64,000 nt of DNA from Gammaproteobacteria bacterium (GTDB lineage Bacteria; Pseudomonadota; Gammaproteobacteria; Xanthomonadales; Xanthomonadaceae), in contig JANXRY010000119.1 of NCBI GenBank assembly GCA_025356635.1, positions 10,128 through 74,127 of the forward strand. The letters are read 5' to 3'. The notes under the pieces were generated by a model. The model had not been told where the DNA came from and searched no databases. It saw only the letters and a list, made by a program, of their open reading frames with translations. The first letter of the stretch is position 1; each line of letters starts with the position of its first letter. This document shows positions 30,401-39,124 of this stretch, in pieces. The translations under genes and the position numbers were made by a program.

Positions 30401-30794
30401 CACCACGGGCCCCGCGCAATTCGTTGAGCAGCGGTAACAGGACGATCGGAATGTCACGATGGCCGCTTTGCAAGCGCTCGAGGTAATCCGGCAACTGCAC
30501 GATGCCTTGCATCAGCGCGGCATAGGCGTTGTCGCGGTTGTCAACCTTGCCCGCGACCAGCGCGAGATTCAGTTGCTCCATCTCCTCGGCGACCATGGCC
30601 GGCCCGTACAACTCGACCATCCGCAAGGTGCCCTGCACCTGATGCAGCAGACTGGCGCACTGGCGCAACTCCGCCAGATCCTCGCCTTCCTCGACATAGG
30701 TTTGCAGCGCAGTCCGAGCCTGCCTGAGCGTTTCATCGAGCTCGGGCTTGACCCAGGTCAGCGTGGTGAAATCGATGTTCTCGTCCAGCCTCAT
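24420..30794 (-). CDS. pilL: ChpA/PilL hybrid CheA-type histidine kinase (multiple Hpt domains, kinase core, CheW-like domain, C-terminal receiver)
   Basis: 2124 aa. Hpt signatures HTLKGSGRLVGA and HTLKGGARMAG, plus divergent ones (HQVQGTLRMVE, HTMNGAFAM). HATPase (SGRGVGMDVV). REC (VMVVDDSITMRK...LLDIEMPRMDG). Long acidic low-complexity middle. Confidence 0.93.
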   Translation of the reverse strand: MRLDENIDFTTLTWVKPELDETLRQARTALQTYVEEGEDLAELRQCASLLHQVQGTLRMVELYGPAMVAEEMEQLNLALVAGKVDNRDNAYAALMQGIVQLPDYLERLQSGHRDIPIVLLPLLNELRGARGEKGLNESVLFSPDLSRALPASARGPEKELPLAELRRRAETLHSLFQGALLRWLKEDNSAATIRDLTDVCEQLVPITRAEPARRLFWVAAGTLDGLGRNAFPVSKPLKQALAKVEREIKRLAEGGDDAFRSDPPLELTKQLLYFIAHEGTDTGRVGEIRSVFGLTGGQPSEAELAHARGSLAGNNRALLETVSGAIKEDLMRVKDSLDLHLRTPDASPADLIVQAEALDRVADTLGMLGLGVQRRVVQEQRTAIHDVIAGQRRDDEETMLDIAGALLYVEAALDDQVERLGKDSDATSTGTAPMPAAESRKLLEALVKEAIANFSHARECFVAFVETHWDHGQLADVPRLLSEVSGALRILDLPIPSQYLLGVQRFTESELLRRRRVPSGQQMDSLADALASIEYYLEALRDRRPNREQIMEVARQGLESLGYWPLPADDVSDAPLAEKAKPAAPVAVVATPEMAATIDAAPIESVTEALVEHGSAAPVAMMAATSGQFPLLPGFDAASNEEIDDEIREVFLEELEEEIQNLSQLLPAWHVEPNSAELLRPIRRVFHTLKGSGRLVGAKALGEFSWSVESLLNRVLDGSRSATPAVEALVGHAFDTLPLLRAALQGQSVHADLAGIQDVAGKLMAGEEAIYQPADAVTQEPAAIDADEAEPVAAESDAIAEMMAQEIAETASDSNVFSIDPVLLEILKPEVNGHLEVVDRWLAACASGGPQQVTDPLLRSIHTMNGAFAMTDVVVITDVTSPLEGYLKRALAHDRMPSVEDIGLIGEASQAIRVTLFALEHAHSLPHFDDLAARINALRNTLPDSHLPSVPVHLDAEEAEVSMLPQAVVMGDADTSALPEFAQAPEAPVAEAPVAEAPVAEALPATDEAAAAEEILVVEDTTFEAEPDIADLPEGELLSLDDFLQSAGEQTPIFTMEETPDATGEVFLEEPTEVIPEDAVLASDDALASMIAAFAPEEVESLGVDEASTSVDIIETGPVGTDLVEADVIDANATDVEMADAIAEPEIEAVASEADLAVVADAPATVGADDYYGLSLDELEALTAPELAPELAEATAEAVAEAEVENTEQSVAGDVPASAEVSSAPDYVEALSVEAIAGMSDNEISELSGSEAGLEAISEAEVEAEPETETETEAASEAEIPEELAAETEVAEEFADESEEETEAKLAAEMAVEVEAPVPVARPTVPLAVDPDDPDADLDVSDIDPDLLDIFLEESNDILDHSDGLLAKLRDSSDDRELVTGLQRDLHTLKGGARMAGIFTVGELGHAMESLLEAVAEGRQRLSAIGVIVLERGFDRLHAMIGRISSRKAVAMPTGTIAQVEALSAGLSLDGVAGKPEMAESVPTPVLVKPLQPLSAPIDDLAGEDEFAGVRATQEQVRIRADLLDRLVNYAGEVAIYRARLEQQLGAFRSNLGELNQTTTRLREQLRRLEIETEAQIVARFQREGETMDETFDPLELDRFSTQQQLSRALSESANDLVNLQGNLDEITRQYETLLLQQSRVSSDLQEGLMRTRMVPFDALVPRLRRVLRQAASDTGKQVQLKVDGASGEMDRNVLDRMTAPLEHMLRNSMAHGLELPADRRKAKKAEEGTVRIAVQREGSEVVLKVSDDGQGMDKKAIRAKAIERGLIKADAVLTDDELFGMVLEAGFSTAETVSRLSGRGVGMDVVYSEIRQLGGTLQIKSEEGKGTDFTIRLPFTLAVTQAVFVKIGETSFAVPIASVQGVGRIDRKDLAKQLATDRPVFTYAGEEYVIHDIGRLIGHLPAKAQDSLQMPLLLARSGDLRTAICIDQVLGSREIVVKPVGPQVSSVPGIFGATIMGDGRVVVILDVAPLVRRQSAIVREATPEVPLPEVPAAPVQRIPIVMVVDDSITMRKVTGRVLERNNMEVLTAKDGVDAVEKMAERVPDLVLLDIEMPRMDGYEVAQNMRSDPRLKDVPIIMITSRTGEKHRQRAMEIGVDRYLGKPYQEPELMRNVFEMLGMESVNG
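26975..26998. repeat. In-frame hexanucleotide tandem repeat (cttcag then tttcag x3) inside pilL, encoding PETETETE
   Basis: Read directly: cttcagtttcagtttcagtttcag. Confidence 0.8.
27791..27835. repeat. In-frame 15-bp tandem repeat x3 (third copy diverged) inside pilL, encoding EAPVA repeats
   Basis: cttcggcgacaggcg / cttcggcgacaggcg / cttcggccaccgggg. The protein reads APEAPVAEAPVAEAPVAEA. Confidence 0.8.
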
Positions 30795-30876
30795 GCCGAG
30801 GTCCCGTCAATGCCCAAGAGCAGTGCACCGCTCCCAAGCCAAGCCATTGCCAATGCCAATGCCGCCCGGATGTCGA

Positions 30877-32919
30877 TCAGGCCGCCGGCAACTTGAAGTC
30901 GGCCACCGATCGACGCAGGTCCGCCGCCAACTGCGCAAGGTTTCCAATCGACTCTGCAGTCTGATTGGCGCCCTGTGAAGTTTGCGAGGTGATCTGCTGA
31001 ATCACGGACATGGTGGCGGTGATGTTGGTCGCCGCGACCGACTGCTGGCGCGCTGCGGTCGAAATGTTCTGAATGAGATCGGCCAAGTCGTTCGAGACCT
31101 TTTCAATCTCACCGAGCGCCAAACCCGCATCCTCGGCGAGTCGGGCACCGGCCACCACTTCCGCAGTCGTCTGTTCCATCGACGACACTGCTTCGTTGGT
31201 ATCGGATTGAATCGTCTGCACCAACGCTTCGATTCGCTTGGTCGCGTTCGACGCGCGTTCCGCCAATCGCTGCACTTCGTCGGCCACGACCGCGAACCCT
31301 CGGCCCGCTTCGCCGGCGGACGCCGCCTGAATAGCGGCGTTCAGCGCCAGGATGTTCGTTTGCTCGGCGATGTCGTTGATCAGTTCCACGATCGAACCAA
31401 TTTCCTGTGAGCTTTCGCCCAGTCGCTTGATTCGTTTCGAGGTCTCCTGGATCTGGTCACGGATGTTGTCCATGCCTTGGATCGTCTGGCGCACCACATC
31501 GGCGCCCTTGGCGGCGATTTCCACCGATCGATGCGCCACGTCGGCCGACTCGGCCGAGTTGCGCGACACCTGGTCGATGGACGAGGCGATGTCATTGATC
31601 TGCGCCGAGGCCGAGGTGATCTGCTGCGCCTGGTGTTCCGCGGCTTCGGCCAGGTGCATGGCGGTCGCCTGAGTTTCCTGGGCGGCGGCAGCCACCTGCA
31701 CGGCGGTTTCATTAATGGTCGATACCAGGGATCGCAGCGCCTCGACCGCGAAGTTGATGGAGTCCGCGATCGCGCCGGTGATGTCCTCGGTAACGGTCGC
31801 CTTCACCGTCAAGTCGCCTTCGGCGAGTGATCCCATTTCGTCCAGCAGGCGCAGAATGGCCTCCTGGTTGCGCTTGTTGAGTTCTTCGGAACTACGGAAA
31901 GCCTTGCGATCGTCGCGGCGGACCGTCAGCAGCAAGCCAACGATGGCGGCCAGGGCGAACAGGCCGGAGATTGCCGCCCACGCATTGTTAGGAAAGAACC
32001 GTTTGAGGCTGGAGCCGAAGGTCTTGAACAAGGCCTGGCTGTCTTCGAGCAGGACGTTGGAATCACCGGAAATCGAAGCCGATGCCTGCTGCACTTCGAA
32101 CAGATCGGTGGATGCCTGCAGGATGCTTTCCATTTCCTTCTGCGAATCGGCATAGAGCTTGTCGACTTGGTTGACCGCGTCGAGGGCGGCGGTGCTGCCA
32201 ACCCGGGAGACGCCCATTTCGGCATTGCCATCGCGCAGGCCGGAGAGCACCTGGCTGAACACCGCGGTATCGCGCGAAAGCGCGTCGGCGGCGGTTACGG
32301 CGCGGTCGCCGCCACCGAGAATTTCCGTCACGCGGCGGGACATGCGGTCGGCGAGCACGATCTGCCGGTTGGCGATGTTGATCTGCGACGCCGGCGCGCC
32401 GGTATCGGACATGGCGCGCACCACTTCATCAAGGCGGGCGGAGATGCGCGGGATCCGGCCGGTGAAGCTGTCGGCGGTGTCGCGCAGGCTGACCACCTGT
32501 TCCTGGCTCTTGAGGATGCGGTCGGCGTCCTGGGACATCTTGGCCCAGATTTCCGTGGTCTTCTTGAGCGACGCGCTGACGCCAGGCTCACGGACGCTGC
32601 CTTCGTAACCCGGAACGCCTTCCGAGCCACCCTTGCGCAAGGCTTTCATGATGGCGTCGATACGGGTCTTGGTGGCGGCGAATTCAGTAAATGAGTCGGC
32701 GTTGCCTTCGACCGCTTCCTTGCCGTATTTGGCCAGCTGCTGCGAGAGCACCTGCATTTCTGCGGTGATGCTTCGAGCCTTGTTTTCCTGGCTGGAAAGG
32801 TAGGTCGCGTAACCGAAGTTGGCGACAAAGATGATGGCAGCGAGGACAAAGATGCCCACCCATGCCATACGACCAAAGCCGCTGACCCTGTTGGTAAATG
32901 CGTTGACGTTAGTACTCAT
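30877..32919 (-). CDS. pilJ: Methyl-accepting chemotaxis-type receptor PilJ
   Basis: 680 aa. N-terminal TM, periplasmic PilJ-type domain, second TM/HAMP, and signalling hairpin [40 protein letters not shown]. Confidence 0.92.
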   Translation of the reverse strand: MSTNVNAFTNRVSGFGRMAWVGIFVLAAIIFVANFGYATYLSSQENKARSITAEMQVLSQQLAKYGKEAVEGNADSFTEFAATKTRIDAIMKALRKGGSEGVPGYEGSVREPGVSASLKKTTEIWAKMSQDADRILKSQEQVVSLRDTADSFTGRIPRISARLDEVVRAMSDTGAPASQINIANRQIVLADRMSRRVTEILGGGDRAVTAADALSRDTAVFSQVLSGLRDGNAEMGVSRVGSTAALDAVNQVDKLYADSQKEMESILQASTDLFEVQQASASISGDSNVLLEDSQALFKTFGSSLKRFFPNNAWAAISGLFALAAIVGLLLTVRRDDRKAFRSSEELNKRNQEAILRLLDEMGSLAEGDLTVKATVTEDITGAIADSINFAVEALRSLVSTINETAVQVAAAAQETQATAMHLAEAAEHQAQQITSASAQINDIASSIDQVSRNSAESADVAHRSVEIAAKGADVVRQTIQGMDNIRDQIQETSKRIKRLGESSQEIGSIVELINDIAEQTNILALNAAIQAASAGEAGRGFAVVADEVQRLAERASNATKRIEALVQTIQSDTNEAVSSMEQTTAEVVAGARLAEDAGLALGEIEKVSNDLADLIQNISTAARQQSVAATNITATMSVIQQITSQTSQGANQTAESIGNLAQLAADLRRSVADFKLPAA

Positions 32920-32959
32920 GACTGGACCTCACCCCAAGAAATTGCACTGACGGCCGTCG

Positions 32960-33514
32960 TCACAGCGCGGCCTGCCGGAATTCAGGCGTGCGCGTCAGCA
33001 CTGACATGCTGAACACACCCCAAGACGTGTCGCCCAGGCGGTAGGCCCGGTCGACGAAATGGCCGTAACGGCCTTCGTTTTCGCCGGACAACTCAGTCCG
33101 GTGCGTGTCGTTGAAGGTACGCTGGCCGAACATCTCATCGATCAGCACCGCTACGTTGCCGCCACCCTGTCGCACCAACAGTACTCGCTGCCCCTCGTGG
33201 ACAAGCGTGCGTTCGCCTTCGAGGAATTGTTTGAGATCGACGACCGGAAGCAGGGTGCCGCGCACATTGGCGACCCCGAGCATCCATGGCTGCGCACCCG
33301 GTACCGGGGTGATCGGCGGCAGCGACAGGATCTCCATGATTTCGTCGAAGGACGAGACCAGGCGCCGCTGGCCCAGCCTGAAGCCAACGCCGCGCCAATG
33401 CCCCGGCGCCTCGATCATTTCTGGGCGGCCGACCACATGCGCCAACGAACGCTGTTCATAGTCGAGCAGCATGTCGAAGGCATTGATACGCCTGCGGGCG
33501 GTGGGCTTGGCCAT
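32960..33514 (-). CDS. pilI: CheW-like coupling protein PilI
   Basis: 184 aa. CheW-like domain (WRGVGFRLGQRRLVSSFDEIMEI...VANVRGTLLPVVDLKQFL). Sits between pilG and pilJ. Confidence 0.88.
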   Translation of the reverse strand: MAKPTARRRINAFDMLLDYEQRSLAHVVGRPEMIEAPGHWRGVGFRLGQRRLVSSFDEIMEILSLPPITPVPGAQPWMLGVANVRGTLLPVVDLKQFLEGERTLVHEGQRVLLVRQGGGNVAVLIDEMFGQRTFNDTHRTELSGENEGRYGHFVDRAYRLGDTSWGVFSMSVLTRTPEFRQAAL

Positions 33515-33521
33515 ATTCGGG

Positions 33522-33911
33522 TCAGGCTCCTGGCAGGTACTTGCGGATCGCGTCGAGCAACTCGTCGCGAGTAAAGGGTTTGGTCAGGTACTGGTCGGAA
33601 CCGACGATCCGGCCGCGCGCCTTGTCGAACAACCCGTCCTTCGAGGACAACATGATCACCGGCGTGCCCTTGAACATCTGATTGTTCTTGATCAAGGCGC
33701 AGGTCTGATAGCCGTCCAGGCGCGGCATCATGATGTCGACGAAAATGATCTGCGGTTGCTGGTCGGCGATCTTGGCCAGCGCCTCGAAACCATCAGTCGC
33801 GGTGACGACGTCGCAACCCTCCTTTTTCAGGAGCGTTTCTGCCGTCCTGCGGATGGTCTTCGAATCGTCGATGACCATGACCCGCAAGCCGTTGAGATTG
33901 GATTGGTCCAT
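33522..33911 (-). CDS. pilG: Single-domain response regulator PilG
   Basis: MDQSNLNGLRVMVIDDSKTIRRTAETLLKKEGCDVVTATDGFEALAKIADQQPQIIFVDIMMPRLDGYQTCALIKNN... is near-collinear with P. aeruginosa PilG from memory. ATG 33911 has GGGAG 5 nt upstream; ATG 33923 is an alternative. Confidence 0.92.
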   Translation of the reverse strand: MDQSNLNGLRVMVIDDSKTIRRTAETLLKKEGCDVVTATDGFEALAKIADQQPQIIFVDIMMPRLDGYQTCALIKNNQMFKGTPVIMLSSKDGLFDKARGRIVGSDQYLTKPFTRDELLDAIRKYLPGA

Positions 33912-34097
33912 CTTGCTCCCCATTTCGCGGCGCTATCGGCGGCGACTCGCAGACGCTTGCCACTGGCCTTATATCCCAGCGTAGCGCAAAAGTGTCAAGC
34001 AGGTACGCGGAATACCTCGCCTTTCCGTGACCCCCTGCACGTTGTCCCGGTGGCCCTGCTAGGCTAGAGGCCATCGCCACTGCACACCGGACGCGCC

Positions 34098-35054
34098 ATG
34101 CCTTTGCACGTGGCCATGGTCATGGACCCGATCGGGTCCATCAAGATCGCCAAGGACACCAGTTTCGCCATGCTTCTGGAAGCCCAGAGCCGCGGGCACT
34201 CCCTACACTATGTCGTGCCGGGCGGACTCGGCGTTGCCGGAGGTCGCGCGGTGGCGCGCTGCGTACCGCTGGTCGTCGCCGAGGACCCGGATTCCTGGTA
34301 CCGGCTCGGGGCGGCTCAAACCCGCCCGCTGGCGGAAATGGACGTCGTGCTGATGCGTCCCGATCCCCCAGTGGACGCCGCCTATCTGCATGACACCCAT
34401 ATCCTCGGGCTGGCGCAAGCCGAGGGCGTGCTGGTGGTGAACGATCCGCGCGGCCTGCGCGACCTGAACGAGAAGCTGGCAACCCTGCTGTTCCCGCAAT
34501 GCTGCCCGCCGACGCTGGTCAGCCGTGATTTCGCCGCCTTGCGCACTTTCGTGGCCGAGCAAGGGCACTGCGTGCTCAAGCCGCTGGACGGCATGGGCGG
34601 TCGTTCGATCTTCCAGGTCCGGGCTGGCGATCCCAATCTCAATGTGATCCTTGAGACCCTGACCGAAGGCGGCCGGCACCTGGCCCTGGCGCAGCGCTTC
34701 CTGCCGGAAATCCGCGAGGGCGACAAGCGGATACTGCTCGTGGATGGCGAGCCGGTGCCTTATTGCCTGGCCCGGATCCCACAAGGCGATGAATTCCGGG
34801 GCAATCTCGCCGCCGGCGGCCGCGGCGAAGGCCGGCCACTGAGCGATCGTGACCGCTGGATCGCCGCCCAGGTTGGGCCCGAACTCAGGAAACGCGGCAT
34901 GTTGTTCGTCGGACTGGACGTTATCGGCGACTATCTGACCGAAATCAACGTCACCAGCCCCACCTGCGCACGCGAACTCGACAAGCAATTCGGCCTCAAC
35001 ATCGCCGGCCAATTGTTTGACGCCATCGAGGCCCGATGCGCCCAGCGGTCGTGA
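34098..35054 (+). CDS. gshB: Glutathione synthetase (ATP-grasp)
   Basis: 318 aa. MDPIGSIKIAKDTSFAMLLEAQSRGH...KPLDGMGGRSIF...NLAAGGRGE. Confidence 0.93.
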   Translation: MPLHVAMVMDPIGSIKIAKDTSFAMLLEAQSRGHSLHYVVPGGLGVAGGRAVARCVPLVVAEDPDSWYRLGAAQTRPLAEMDVVLMRPDPPVDAAYLHDTHILGLAQAEGVLVVNDPRGLRDLNEKLATLLFPQCCPPTLVSRDFAALRTFVAEQGHCVLKPLDGMGGRSIFQVRAGDPNLNVILETLTEGGRHLALAQRFLPEIREGDKRILLVDGEPVPYCLARIPQGDEFRGNLAAGGRGEGRPLSDRDRWIAAQVGPELRKRGMLFVGLDVIGDYLTEINVTSPTCARELDKQFGLNIAGQLFDAIEARCAQRS

Positions 35055-35055
35055 C

Positions 35056-35958
35056 GTGAGCGCGCCTACGGCCGTCCCGCCCAGCGTCACCAAGGTCACG
35101 GCAGGGCCCGAGATTGGGCCGCGCGAGCGCTTTTCGGCCACTCTAGCCCTGTCGGCGATCTGCTTCGGCGTGTTGATCCTCGGTGTGGGCTTCGCCCGTG
35201 AAGACGCCGCGCCGGTCGTCCCCACCCTGGACGTGATCCTGACCCAGACCTCGACCCCGAGCCCACCAGACCAGGCCGATTTCATCGCCCAGGCCAACAA
35301 CCAGGGCGGCGGCGACCGCGATCGGGCCCAGCGCCCCCGCGAATCACAGATTTCGATGGTGCCCAGGACCCAATCCGGGATTGCACCCGAACCCATGTCT
35401 GCGCAAGCACCACCGCCGGCCCCGGATCCTGTCCAGCGCCTGCTCACCACCCGCGCGCAGAGCGCCGAAAAAGCGCCACTGCCCGAGGACACCCAGCCGG
35501 TCGTGGCCACGCCACTTCCGACCGGCCGTGAGCTGATGCAGCAGAGTCTGGAAATGGCGCGACTGACGGCCGAAATCGACCGCCAGCAAGAGCTGTACGC
35601 GCGCCGACCGAAGCGCAAGTTCATCTCGGCAAGCACTCGCGAATACGAATATGCCGCCTACATGCGCTCCTGGGTAGAGAAGGTCGAGCGGGTCGGCAAC
35701 CTCAACTATCCTGCCGCGGCCCGGCGACTGGGAATGAGCGGGCGACTGGTGATCACGGTGGTCGTGCGCCGCGATGGCAGCGTTTCCGAAGTAACCCTGG
35801 TCACTCCGAGCGGGCAAAAACTTCTCGACGAGGCCGCCCAGCACATCGTCCGACTTGCCGAACCCTTCGCGCCCTTGCCGAAGACCAAGGAAGACATCGA
35901 CGAGCTGTATATCACCCGCACCTGGGACTTCAAGAACGGTAGCGTCGACAGCAATTAA
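35056..35958 (+). CDS. TonB-family energy-transducer-like protein (N-terminal TM, Pro-rich spacer, TonB C-terminal domain)
   Basis: TM LALSAICFGVLILGVGF. C-domain YPAAARRLGMSGRLVITVVVRRDGSVSEVTLVTPSGQKLLDEAA. GTG 35056 directly follows the gshB stop; the track start is a TTG at 35017. Confidence 0.75.
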   Translation: MSAPTAVPPSVTKVTAGPEIGPRERFSATLALSAICFGVLILGVGFAREDAAPVVPTLDVILTQTSTPSPPDQADFIAQANNQGGGDRDRAQRPRESQISMVPRTQSGIAPEPMSAQAPPPAPDPVQRLLTTRAQSAEKAPLPEDTQPVVATPLPTGRELMQQSLEMARLTAEIDRQQELYARRPKRKFISASTREYEYAAYMRSWVEKVERVGNLNYPAAARRLGMSGRLVITVVVRRDGSVSEVTLVTPSGQKLLDEAAQHIVRLAEPFAPLPKTKEDIDELYITRTWDFKNGSVDSN

Positions 35959-36908
35959 CCGCTCGCCAAGAGCGTTCGCAACACCGCCATCCGCACCGGC
36001 AGGCCGTTGCCGACCTGGTCGAAGATCACCGACTGCGGACCATCGGCGACGGCATCGGCGATTTCCACACCCCGGTTCATTGGCCCCGGATGCATCACGA
36101 CCGCGTCGGGCCGGGCCCGGCGCAGCCGCTCGGGAGTCAGGCCGAATTCGTGGAAGTAACCTTCCAGCGACGGCACCAGGCCCTGCTCCATGCGCTCGCG
36201 CTGCAAGCGCAACATGATCACCGCATCGACGCCATCGAGCGCGGCATCGAAATCTTGGCCCACCCTGCAACCGGCCAGCAGCGAGGCGTCCGGCAACAGG
36301 TTCGTCGGCCCGCAAACGCGGATCTCGCCCGTACCCAGCGCACGCAGGGCGTGCAGGTCGGAACGCGCGACCCGCGAATGCAGTACATCCCCGCAGATCA
36401 GTACGCGCAGTTTCGAGAAGTCCGTGCCCTTGCGCTGACGCAGCGTCAGCATGTCCAGCAAGCCTTGGGTCGGATGGTTGCTGCGGCCGTCGCCCGCATT
36501 GATGAATACCGTGTCCGGCCGCGCTCCGGCGGCGAGTTCAGCCACCGCGCCATCGCGGGCATGGCGAACGACAAACGCATCCACGCCCATCGCTTCCAGC
36601 GTGCGCATGGTGTCGAGCGGGCTTTCGCCCTTGCTGGTCGAGGACGAGGAGACATCGAACACCAAGGTATCGGCACCCAGCCGGATGGCGGCCAACTGGA
36701 ACGAACTGCGGGTGCGCGTGGAGGTTTCGAAGAACAGCGTGCACAGCGTGCGCCCGGCCAGTACATTGCGGAACACCGTGCCGCCATGCGCATGTGGGCG
36801 CAAGGCCTCGGCGGAGTCGAGCAGTTCTTCCATGATGCCGGTGGACAATCCATCCAGTGTGAGCAGGTGCTGGAGCCGGCCGTCGGGATGCAGTTGGGAA
36901 ACGCTCAT
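35955..36908 (-). CDS. pyrB: Aspartate carbamoyltransferase catalytic subunit
   Basis: Motifs FFETSTRTR, HPTQGLLD, HPGPMNRG. ATG 36908 (MSVSQL); the track start is a TTG at 36917. Confidence 0.93.
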   Translation of the reverse strand: MSVSQLHPDGRLQHLLTLDGLSTGIMEELLDSAEALRPHAHGGTVFRNVLAGRTLCTLFFETSTRTRSSFQLAAIRLGADTLVFDVSSSSTSKGESPLDTMRTLEAMGVDAFVVRHARDGAVAELAAGARPDTVFINAGDGRSNHPTQGLLDMLTLRQRKGTDFSKLRVLICGDVLHSRVARSDLHALRALGTGEIRVCGPTNLLPDASLLAGCRVGQDFDAALDGVDAVIMLRLQRERMEQGLVPSLEGYFHEFGLTPERLRRARPDAVVMHPGPMNRGVEIADAVADGPQSVIFDQVGNGLPVRMAVLRTLLASG

Positions 36909-36913
36909 GCGGC

Positions 36914-37372
36914 TCAATCCTTGGGCAGGGCGATGCGGGAGTCTGGCTCGACCAGCCAGCGTTCTAGGATCACGGCAGCGGCCAGGGCATCGAGCTGCGC
37001 AGCCTGGTGGCGCTTGCGCGCGCCGCTGGCGCGGCCGGCGGCGAAGCGTTGCGCGGCCTCGATCGAACTGGTGCGCTCATCCACCTGCTCGACCGGCACA
37101 CGGTAACGCTGCTGCAATTGCCGGGCGAATGCTCGTGCCCGCCGACGAATCGGCTGATCGCCGCCATCGAGTGTCGCCGGGTCGCCAACTACCAGTCGGT
37201 CCGGTCGCCATTCCTGCATCCAGCGATCCAGCACCAACCAGTCGGGGCCTGTTTCGAAGACATCGAGCACGCCGACCTCGCGCGCACTCTGGGAAATGGT
37301 GTTGCCCACCGCCACGCCGATGCGCTTGGCGCCGACGTCGAAGGCCAGCAGGGTCTGGGCTGGCGCCGACAT
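36914..37372 (-). CDS. ruvX: Putative pre-16S rRNA nuclease / Holliday-junction-resolvase-like YqgF (RuvX)
   Basis: 152 aa. LLAFDVGAKRIGVAVGN...DERTSSIEA. Confidence 0.9.
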   Translation of the reverse strand: MSAPAQTLLAFDVGAKRIGVAVGNTISQSAREVGVLDVFETGPDWLVLDRWMQEWRPDRLVVGDPATLDGGDQPIRRRARAFARQLQQRYRVPVEQVDERTSSIEAAQRFAAGRASGARKRHQAAQLDALAAAVILERWLVEPDSRIALPKD

Positions 37373-37374
37373 CG

Positions 37375-37953
37375 TCAGGCGTGACCCACGGCATCGGACA
37401 ATCGGGTCAGATCCACTCCGATGGAATCGGCAGCGGCGCGCCAGCGCGACTCCAGTGGCATGTCGAAAACGATCGCCGGATCGACCGGCCCGGTCAGCCA
37501 GGCGTTCTCGGTCAGCTCTGCTTCCAACTGGCCCGCGCCCCAGCCGGCAAAGCCCAAGACAACAAGGGCACGAGCCGGGCCCTCGCCGCGCGCCATCGCT
37601 TCAAGCACGTCGCGTGAGGCGGTGATTGCCAGGCCGCGACCGAAGCGCAAGGTCGAGCCCCAGTCGCGCGGGTCGTCGTGGAGGACGAAGCCGTGGTCGG
37701 GCTGAACCGGTCCGCCGAGCAGCACCGGCAGGCCGGCGACTTCGGGTAAGCGGGTATCGATGCCCATCTGGCGGAATATTTCGCCAAGCAGAAAATCAGA
37801 GCGGCGATTGATGGTAAGCCCCATCGCCCCGTCCTGGTCGTGCTGGCAAAGCAAGGTCACGCCACGGGCGAAGTTCGGATCGGCCAGTGACGGCATGGCG
37901 ATCAGGAAATGGTCGGCCAGAAAGGAATCTGCCGGAGTCGATGCTGCGCTCAT
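37375..37953 (-). CDS. yqgE: UPF0301 family protein (YqgE/AlgH)
   Basis: 192 aa. FLIAMPSLADPNFARGVTLLCQHDQDGAMGLTINR...GYAGW-type GFAGWGAGQLE. Confidence 0.88.
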   Translation of the reverse strand: MSAASTPADSFLADHFLIAMPSLADPNFARGVTLLCQHDQDGAMGLTINRRSDFLLGEIFRQMGIDTRLPEVAGLPVLLGGPVQPDHGFVLHDDPRDWGSTLRFGRGLAITASRDVLEAMARGEGPARALVVLGFAGWGAGQLEAELTENAWLTGPVDPAIVFDMPLESRWRAAADSIGVDLTRLSDAVGHA

Positions 37954-37962
37954 GCGGCCATT

Positions 37963-39093
37963 CTAGCGCACCTCGGAAATCTCCACGCCGTCCAGTCCCT
38001 GCGAGAGGCTGCGAGCGTCACCGCCCTGGGCCAGCTTGATCTTCAGGCGCACTTCGTTGGTCGAGTCGGCGTGGCGCAGGGCGTCTTCGTAGCTGATCTC
38101 GCCGGCCTGGTAGAGCTCGAACAGCGCCTGGTCGAAGGTCTTCATGCCGAGGTTGGTCGACTCTTTCATCACGTCCTTGAGCTTGTGGATCTCGCCTTCG
38201 CGGATGTAGTCCTGGATCAACGGCGTGCCGAGCAGCACTTCCATCGCCACACGCCGGCCCTTGCCATCCGGGGTCGGGATCAGCTGCTGGGCAACCACGC
38301 CCTTGAGGTTCATCGACAAGTCCATCAACAACTGGCTGCGGCGTTCCTCAGGGAAGAAGTTGATCATGCGGTCCATCGCCTGGTTGGCGTTGTTCGCGTG
38401 CAGGGTGCAAAGCACCAGGTGACCGGTTTCAGCGAAGGCGATCGCGTGGTCCATGCCTTCTCGGGTGCGCACTTCGCCGATCATGATCACGTCCGGCGCC
38501 TGGCGCAGGGTGTTGCGCAAGGCCATTTCCCAGCTGTCGGTATCGATGCCGATCTCGCGCTGCGTGATGATGCAGCCTTCGTGCTTGTGCACGAACTCGA
38601 TCGGGTCCTCGATGGTGATGATGTGGCCGGAGGAATTCTGGTTGCGGTAGCCGACCATGGCCGCCAGCGAGGTCGACTTGCCGGTGCCGGTGGCGCCGAC
38701 GAAGACGATGATGCCGCGTTTGGTCATCGCCAGGGTCTTGATGATCGGCGGCAGGCTCAGCTCTTCGATGGTCGGAATGCGCGTCTCGATCCGGCGCAGC
38801 ACCATGCCGACCTGGTTGCGCTGGTAGAAGCAGGACACGCGGAAGCGGCCGACGCCGGACACGCCGATGGCGAAGTTGCACTCGTGGGTCTTTTCGAACT
38901 CTTCGCGCTGCGCCGGGCTCATCACGTTGAGCACCAGGTCGCGACTCTGCTGCTGGGTCAGCGGGCTCTGGGTGATCGGCGAGATCTTGCCGTGCACTTT
39001 CATGGACGGCGGTACGCCGGCCGTGATGAACAGATCGGACGCCTTCTTGTGCGCCATCAGTTTCAGGAACGAGGTGAAGTCGATGCTGCTCAC
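37963..39093 (-). CDS. pilU: Type IV pilus retraction ATPase PilU
   Basis: 376 aa. GTG start with GGAGAA 5 nt upstream. ASDLFITAGVPPSMKVHGKI, Walker A GATGTGKST, TLHANNANQA. Collinear with P. aeruginosa PilU from memory. Confidence 0.92.
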   Translation of the reverse strand: MSSIDFTSFLKLMAHKKASDLFITAGVPPSMKVHGKISPITQSPLTQQQSRDLVLNVMSPAQREEFEKTHECNFAIGVSGVGRFRVSCFYQRNQVGMVLRRIETRIPTIEELSLPPIIKTLAMTKRGIIVFVGATGTGKSTSLAAMVGYRNQNSSGHIITIEDPIEFVHKHEGCIITQREIGIDTDSWEMALRNTLRQAPDVIMIGEVRTREGMDHAIAFAETGHLVLCTLHANNANQAMDRMINFFPEERRSQLLMDLSMNLKGVVAQQLIPTPDGKGRRVAMEVLLGTPLIQDYIREGEIHKLKDVMKESTNLGMKTFDQALFELYQAGEISYEDALRHADSTNEVRLKIKLAQGGDARSLSQGLDGVEISEVR

Positions 39094-39124
39094 GGCGTTT
39101 CTCCGGATCTACGAGCGGGGGGAC

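Noticed and set aside
27645-30437. 930-aa plus-strand ORF
   Set aside because: Same reasoning as above: it is antisense to the N-terminal half of pilL and has no motifs.
33924-34097. Promoter elements in the pilG / gshB divergent region (for example TTGCCA ... TATATC)
   Set aside because: The spacing between the candidate hexamers is far from 17 nt, and there is no supporting evidence, so I did not report them as features.
34203-35636. 477-aa minus-strand ORF
   Set aside because: It is antisense to gshB and the TonB-like gene and has no domain signatures, whereas gshB is unambiguous.
36451-37617. 388-aa plus-strand ORF, with similar ones at 36090-37106 and 37909-39192
   Set aside because: They are antisense to pyrB, ruvX, yqgE and pilU, all of which carry diagnostic motifs.
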